The notes below the pieces were generated by a model that was not told the origin of the DNA, searched no databases, and saw only the letters and a program-made list of their open reading frames with translations. From assembly GCA_951406725.2 (NCBI GenBank), contig OX597823.1, positions 88,350,001-88,414,000 on the forward strand: 64,000 nucleotides of DNA. Reading direction: 5' to 3'. A program made the position numbers and the translations under genes. Source of the DNA: Octopus vulgaris. Taxonomy: Eukaryota. The stretch's first letter is position 1; every line of letters starts with the position of its first letter. This document shows, in pieces, positions 57,412 to 64,000 of this stretch.

Positions 57412-58682
57412 GTACTGGGTTGCGTCCAAAGGTTTATTAGATTTTCACGAATAATTATTGGCAATTTGTATTCCCATATTACATCATTAATTTGATGTAA
57501 TTTGTTGTCCCATTGATGCAGAATTGCTTACCCCTAATTTTTATATATGACATATAAATGTTTATATGTTATAAACATTACTTGTTTACTCTTTATTTTG
57601 AAGCTTTGATAATGCATGGTAAAACAAATTGCAATTAGAGCCAGGTTACACCACGTGGGTGCAATGGGAGTTGCACAACAAATTCATGAGGTGGAAGGCT
57701 CAGGAACTATGAAAGAATGTGTAAAACAAAATGTGAGGACGACGTTTTAAGGAAGGTGACACCAACTTCGAAAACAAAACCAAGGTAAGGGAGACCTATT
57801 GTTGTGGAAGATGAGGCAATTTTTGAAATGGCTGCACAACAGCAAAGAGCATGCGCTTGTGCATTGTCGGACGATCCTCATCACTCATAAATCAGCATCA
57901 CTCAATACCTCTATCAGTGTGGCCTTTTGCACAGACGCTGTTGGGAAATACCTCAATAAATGACAAATGATCAGGTTCAATGACACGTGGATATTTGTAA
58001 GCAGCTGCTGGAAAATACTTGAAATGCCCGTTTTTGACATTGTATTGTAAATGGGGATGAAAAATGGATATGTTTCCGTAATGCTAATGAGAGAAATATG
58101 GCATCGGAACTTATAATATAAGAGTAAATTGAACAGAAGACCATGATGTGTGTTTGGTAGATCTCGGGGCTTGTTGCTGTTTGAGCTTATCCCATATGGT
58201 CATGCTGTGAACATTAATTTTTATGCTCACCAATTTCAGCAAGTATTTTATGCTTTGAGAGCCCGTCACCCGGAAATGTGAACCGAAGACACGTAGTCGT
58301 ACAACATTACAATGACCCAGTTCATGCTGCCAAAGTGACCAAGCGCAAACTTGAGGCACTTGAAGGGCTAGAAGTGCAGCCTATGGTTATCTACAGTATA
58401 GGTATTACTCCCTCTGATTACGATTTTTTCGATCCATGCCTCATTTCCTACACGGACAGGATCTGTGCAATGTGAGTGATGTTGAAAATGTGTGCAGTAA
58501 GATTTTTGGATTTAAAGCAGCCAAATAGAACACACGATGAGTCAAGCTGCTGGTACAGCAATGGCAACAGACAATAGAATATGATGGGATATATCTTGAT
58601 TAATAAACGCTTTTCGTATGTAATCTAATTGAACTAATAATTAAAGCTTGAAATTCGAAAAGACATTTAACTCATCCTGGCA
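57412..58682 (+). mobile_element. Old degenerate mariner element
   Basis: Fragments GRPIVVED, IVNGDEKWICF and YNDPVHAAKVT..YSIGITPSDYDFF; many stops; about 1.27 kb; ends approximate. Confidence 0.8.
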
Positions 58683-59231
58683 ATATATTTATATGACGGC
58701 TTCCTATGAAAAAGTAATAAAATTTGCAATACTATGCATCCTGTAGATTAAAATAGCACAGAAGAACAGAAAATAACGCAACAATGCTACAAATAATGCT
58801 GCTTCGTGACAGAGGTGGAATTGTTATCATAACACAAACCAAATTCACACTATACTCTACTGACATGTGAGAGCCATTCTATTATCATTGAAAAAGAGGT
58901 GTCAAAACGTATAACCTGGTATGACAGGGCTTATTAGTGTTGCGAAACGATTGTTATACACACCAAAAGCAAAAATTTTGCTTATTAAATGCGGTACGAT
59001 TTTGAAACGTTGATAATCGCGTTAATTTATTATTCCTGGAGTAGTAAATTTCCCTACATGAACGTGAAGAAAATGTTGCCAAATAAATACAACGGCTGTA
59101 TTTTCAATAGACGTTTAGAAGAAATCTTCACACCTGCATGTGGACGTACACACATACACATACACACACAGACACACACGCTGACACATACATTGATACA
59201 TGCATATACATAGTCATAGATAAGCAGATGA

Positions 59232-59266
<35 letters not shown>

Positions 59267-59949
59267 CATGTGTGTGTGTGTGTGTAATATATATATATAT
59301 ATATACATATGTATACATGCGTATATATATATATACATGCATATGTATGCATATATTAGATACGCATGTATCTTTATTATTCGTGTTCAATTTTTTAAGA
59401 AATACTTTTAGAATCAGTTACTTGCCACCCAACTCAATTTTATTATCCGTGATGTTCAATAATTAAAAATTTCCCAGTTATTAGCTCTTACACTGTATTC
59501 AGCATGTATTACGCGTAATAATACAGCACTGGTATATATTTAAAATATCTGAAGTACTAATGGATTCCCTAAAAAGTACCTCTTAATAGATGAATTTGAA
59601 TATTTGTGTAATGGAAAGAAATGCATTTGTGTTTATAAATATAAATATTTTTAGATATGAAAAGGAATCCTTTGAACATATTATAGATTAAAATAAACTA
59701 TCTCGTGTATCATTGAGAAAATAAATGCAATATGGGAATCATTCGTTTTTACCCCAATACCCACTTCTATGATTATTGATTTATGCTTTTATTCTATCTA
59801 CAAAAAGCAAGCAGTTTTATATCTCATAAAATGCATCTCCAGGAAAGCGATTTTCCCAAACGGTTATAGTTCTACAGCAATAATGATAATCATTGAAGTA
59901 GTCAATGACCTAGAACTTACGATAGACTACTTGATTGATTATTTGATAG

Positions 59950-60188
59950 GTTCTGCTGGCAAATGGTTCCGAAAATGTCTTGTAATCAATGCCTATCACA
60001 GATAGGGAGAGAAACATTCCTGGAAGAATCGATAAAGGCTACCGATGAAAATTACTGGCAAAGTGTTTGATTATAATTGTAATGAAAGAAAATATAGACC
60101 CAAATATATAAGATGGGGCTGGTGGAGAATTATGTTAGACAATTTCGCAAAAATGGCAAAGGTGCAGTACTTCAACTTCATTTTGCAG
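59950..60188 (+). pseudogene. Decayed PTP D2 exon(s)
   Basis: Acceptor tttgatag. ENYWQ plus a frameshift into VFDYNCN matches the D2 motif DFW.LVYDY.C. Confidence 0.5.
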
Positions 60189-60554
60189 GCATATTATTGA
60201 TATTTAAAAATGCTCCTACTATTTATCTTATGAATATCAACATTCTTGCCTCTTCATATCATATTCTAATGTCCCGTTCGTTATTCATATCAAAAGAGGA
60301 TATACACCTTATATATATATATGTGGAACATATTATATAGTTTTACGTAAGCAGTCAGTTATAAGTATTTTATCACCAGATGTTTCACTTAAATTATTTG
60401 TATGATTTTTCCTTCATATTAAATGCAAACTCCAAGTCGGCTTGACATTTTCACTCTCGTAATAAATTTAAGAACTCTTCAAAAATATTCTGTAATTCCC
60501 TGTAAATTACAGACGGTAAACATGTATTTTTTTACATGTTTACAAAGGAATGTA

Positions 60555-60603
<49 letters not shown>

Positions 60604-61581
60604 TGAAACATCTGAAAGGAATATATTCTTCAAAGACAAACATTCAAAGTATTTATTTTCCACAAGAAATGCAAGCTTCAAATTTTCAAGTAAACATCAT
60701 TTTATAAGTCAATGATAAGTATTTTTGCAGAGAATGAAAAAACTCTTAAGTAAACAACTCACTATTTTTAAGTATCTCATCTTGTTTTTTTAAGTTCCAA
60801 ATTCAGTGATATCGATAAAATAACAACCAATACACTAAGGTGCTTCCAATCGATTATCCATTTCATTTTGTGCATATTCAAATGAATTCTCTATTTGAAT
60901 ATTTGCTCTGCTGTTGTTGCCGTGTCTTTTATTCTGGATGAAAATATTTCTAGATATGAAAATCATGTTTCAATTGAGATTATTTTCTTATAATGTAGCA
61001 AGTTGATAGAAAAGGGTTTTTTGCTTAGATAAATTAAACCCCTGAAGGTTAACATAACGACGTATATTGATTTTCGAATAGAACATTATGATTTCACCCA
61101 ATTCATAACCGCTCTTGCTGAAAGTGTGGATTTAAAAAAAAAAATTCTTCGAAAATGAGACATGTTTTGATAAGTAACAAAACAAGATAAAATTAGTTTC
61201 GTATTTGTGTTGTGCAGAGGAAATTATTTATCCAAGTGAGATAAACAAAAATCTGATTTCGAGTTCCCGATGTAATTAGTAACAGACAGTTACGAAACTG
61301 ACAACTGGAAACGAAAAAATGTATAGAGCCATGTTCTTCCGCTGAAAAAAATCCTCAGCTATCAGATTTATCTTGTCACAAACAGTCGATAAATACGGGG
61401 GATAATCTAAAACATCCTCTTATGTAATGCTGTGTCTTTGACAGTATGTATGAGTTTTAATTATTTAGCCAGTTGCAAGGGAATACAGTGAGGCAGTCAG
61501 ATTAAGAAGTTACAAACACTGGGGTAGACCTCATCAAGACGAATTTACTCTTATGGATTTAAGTGTTGTTTGTGTCTCTAG

Positions 61582-61647
61582 CACACTTTTATACCATCTT
61601 ATGGCAGGCTCCTTATTTAATTAGAGATGACCAGGAAAGTGTATTAT
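61582..61647 (+). pseudogene. Exon-like segment (HTFIPSYGRLLI*LEMTRKVYY)
   Basis: Acceptor tgtgtctctag and donor gtaatt; position fits the D2 WPD-loop/helix region. Confidence 0.3.
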
Positions 61648-61671
61648 GTAATTTCTATTATACAATTGCTT

Positions 61672-62157
61672 GTGGGGGTGTGGTAAGAGGTGTACTTCCC
61701 ACCCATATGTTTCCGTGTTCATTTCCACTGTATGGCGTCTTGGGTAACTGTCAGACCGAAACTTGTGTAATAGTTTCAGGCCGACCAAATCTTTCTGAAT
61801 GGATTTGGTAGACGGATACTGAAAGAAGCCCGGTGTTTATACAAATACACACACACGCACATATATACGTGTGCGTATATATATATATGTGTGTGCATAT
61901 ATGTATGTATATGTGTGTGTGTGTGTGTCTGTCTGTCTGTGTATGTTGCTGCGACTTTGTACCTGTTCATGGCCTTCACCATCACTTGGCAACAAGTGAT
62001 GGTGTGCTTAAGTCCCCCGTGACTTAGCGGTTCGAAAACAGGGTACGATATAATAACTAAGAAGCCGAAAAATATAAATCGTTTGATTAACTTATTCAAG
62101 GTGCTGCTCCAGCATGGCCGCAGTCTAGTGACTGAAACAAGTAAGAGAGAAAGAAAG
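61672..62157 (+). mobile_element. SINE family B with internal (TG/TA) microsatellite
   Basis: Head gtgtggtaaga...gttcatttccactg; tail ggtgctgctccagcatggccgcagtc..tgactgaaacaagtaa. Other copies at 14285-14487 (+), 5060-5350 (-), 44210-44990 (+, MITE-interrupted) and 38690-38765. Confidence 0.8.
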
Positions 62158-63239
62158 TAACTGTCTCCAATTTGAAGACAATGTAACAAAGGGAGACACA
62201 CGTTGATACTATTAATCCCATTTAGAATGTACTCAAACTTAAAATGGGGGAGAATTCTGCAAAATGTTACAACTAAAGTAGTGAAGTTTTCCCCAAGTTA
62301 CAGATCGACGAGTTAGACATATTACACATGCACAAAATGAAAGTGAAAACTCAAAAGTTTGTAGCACTAAGTCATTTTTCTATACATGGAATGCTCTTTA
62401 GGATTTAGGTGCGATGATTGAATAGTATAAAGAGCTAAGGAATAAATTCGTTTGTACATTATACTTGTGTAGCAGATGAAACTACAATCGCCAGTTATAT
62501 TGAGTTTGAATAAGAATTGATGTAAAGTATACTTGCAGATAATGCACTTCCAATACGCAACAAGCCAACACCTCTATTCGTCATTAGGTGCGTATACTTT
62601 GTGAAAACTATGGGGAAATAAATTAATACAAATAGTAAAACGTTCTCAAAACTAAAGAATCGTGAATTTCAGAGTAGCCATACACACCACTGACCTCAAT
62701 CGAGATGTTTTAGATATCAAAGTTGGGATTCTAACATTGACAGACAACCAAGAATTTAGGATTTGACCTAGGTTTTGACTGACAATTAATCATCGTAACT
62801 CTAGAAGTTTGGAAAGCGAAATCGTCTTTGGCGGCATGCAAATTCAGAAGGTATTGTGAAAGTGATTAAGCGACGTAATTTTTTATAAGTACAAACCCCA
62901 CGCGGAGAGCAACTATACTTATATTGTTCGGGAAAATGCTAAAGAGGAAAATAATACCTTCGAATTAATTTGTTACCATGCATTTTTTTTCTATGTCGTT
63001 CTCCTAACTGGTTACAACTGAATGTCTTTAGCATCCATGCGACGACACTCTTTTGAAAAGTTTTCACCATCAATTCATTCATTTGTCCCAAGATAATTTG
63101 AAGGTAACAATCCATTGAAGCACTCGTTAATACTACATTCTTCCTACTGTTATCAGCGACGAAAGCACTGGTCTTATGAATATTTGTGTTAACTACAGCT
63201 TATTAAATAACACAATACAGAAAACGCTGTCTTGTTTAG

Positions 63240-63343
63240 CGCAGGCTTCTCTAATCATTCATTGTGTGTAGATATCTGCAAATTACTTTGGATAAATTTT
63301 TTCTGTATTTTGTCGCAACAGAAACCAAACATAATCATGATGG
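63240..63343 (+). pseudogene. Decayed PTP D2 penultimate exon (AGFSNHSLCVDICKLLWINFFCILSQQKPNIIMM)
   Basis: Acceptor cttgtttag, phase 2 as at the HC|xxG intron; resembles ..G..RSG.FC.....VD.F.....R..RP..+. Confidence 0.45.
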
Positions 63344-63802
63344 GAGTTATTGCTATGCATCATTATGCTTTGCTAAAGAAGATGATATCATACAAGTTAT
63401 TTGACTTCAATTAGGGAGAGAAACAGCCTCGGCAATCGGCTTGGAACGCAATTATAACAATCTTTTATAATGCTTACAATGGTTTCCATAATGGCATAGA
63501 TACTGGTGCAAATGCACTGCGGAATTCTATTCGGCTTATTTCCAAATCTTGTGCCAACAAGAGCCATTTAAATTTTATGGAAAAATGCAGTTAGTGTAAA
63601 TGCAATTAACATAGAAAAACTATTATGAATTTCAAACTATATGCTCCGTCAAAGACAGAGATATAGACGTGATTTTATGAAAATTTAATGGTCATGTATA
63701 TGTATCTATATACAAAGTTATATATCTGATGTTTGCTAGCAATTTCGTTTCCGTTCGATTTTCATTTTCTAAAAAGAACAATAATTACTGTATTTTCATC
63801 AG

Positions 63803-63871
63803 GCCTCAAGTAATTATAGTTGTCACCACCACAGGATAACTGCGAGGAATTTTATCAGATTAAAGCGGTAG
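63803..63871 (+). pseudogene. Possible terminal coding exon (ASSNYSCHHHRITARNFIRLKR*)
   Basis: Acceptor tattttcatcag; short frame ending in TAG. Confidence 0.25.
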
Positions 63872-64000
63872 AATATATATTTTACTAAAAAGGAAAAGGT
63901 TATACACCCACGCACACAAACTTATATGAGATGTTGTCATTTTAACGAACTCTGAAATTACGGGGTCGTAAATACACTAAAACCGACTGTCAGTTGGTAG

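Overview
AT-rich eukaryotic DNA dense in (TA)n/(CA)n/(TAA)n microsatellites. The repeat families resemble those of octopod cephalopods (inference from recognised SINE and LINE families). No intact host protein-coding gene is evident, and almost all ORFs in the supplied track are microsatellite artefacts. Four things stand out. (1) A chain of + strand exon-like segments with splice signals runs from about 2.8 to 63.9 kb. In order they resemble a signal peptide, F-type-lectin-like, EGF, FN3, membrane-proximal, TM, PTP-D1 and PTP-D2 regions, suggesting a heavily decayed, unprocessed receptor tyrosine phosphatase pseudogene spanning the window. (2) Several Penelope-like retroelement remnants sit in (TA)n tracts, with type I hammerhead ribozyme motifs (one with an apparently intact core, lying across the left arm and loop of a 309-bp foldback) and a near-perfect 142-bp palindrome. 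(3) There is a full-length but frameshifted mariner, a Merlin-type MITE with an 8-bp TSD nested in a SINE, and fragments of CR1, RTE, Tx1 and Dong/R4 LINEs plus many SINEs. (4) A possible recursive splice site lies on the minus strand. All family assignments come from motif recognition by eye, not database searches.
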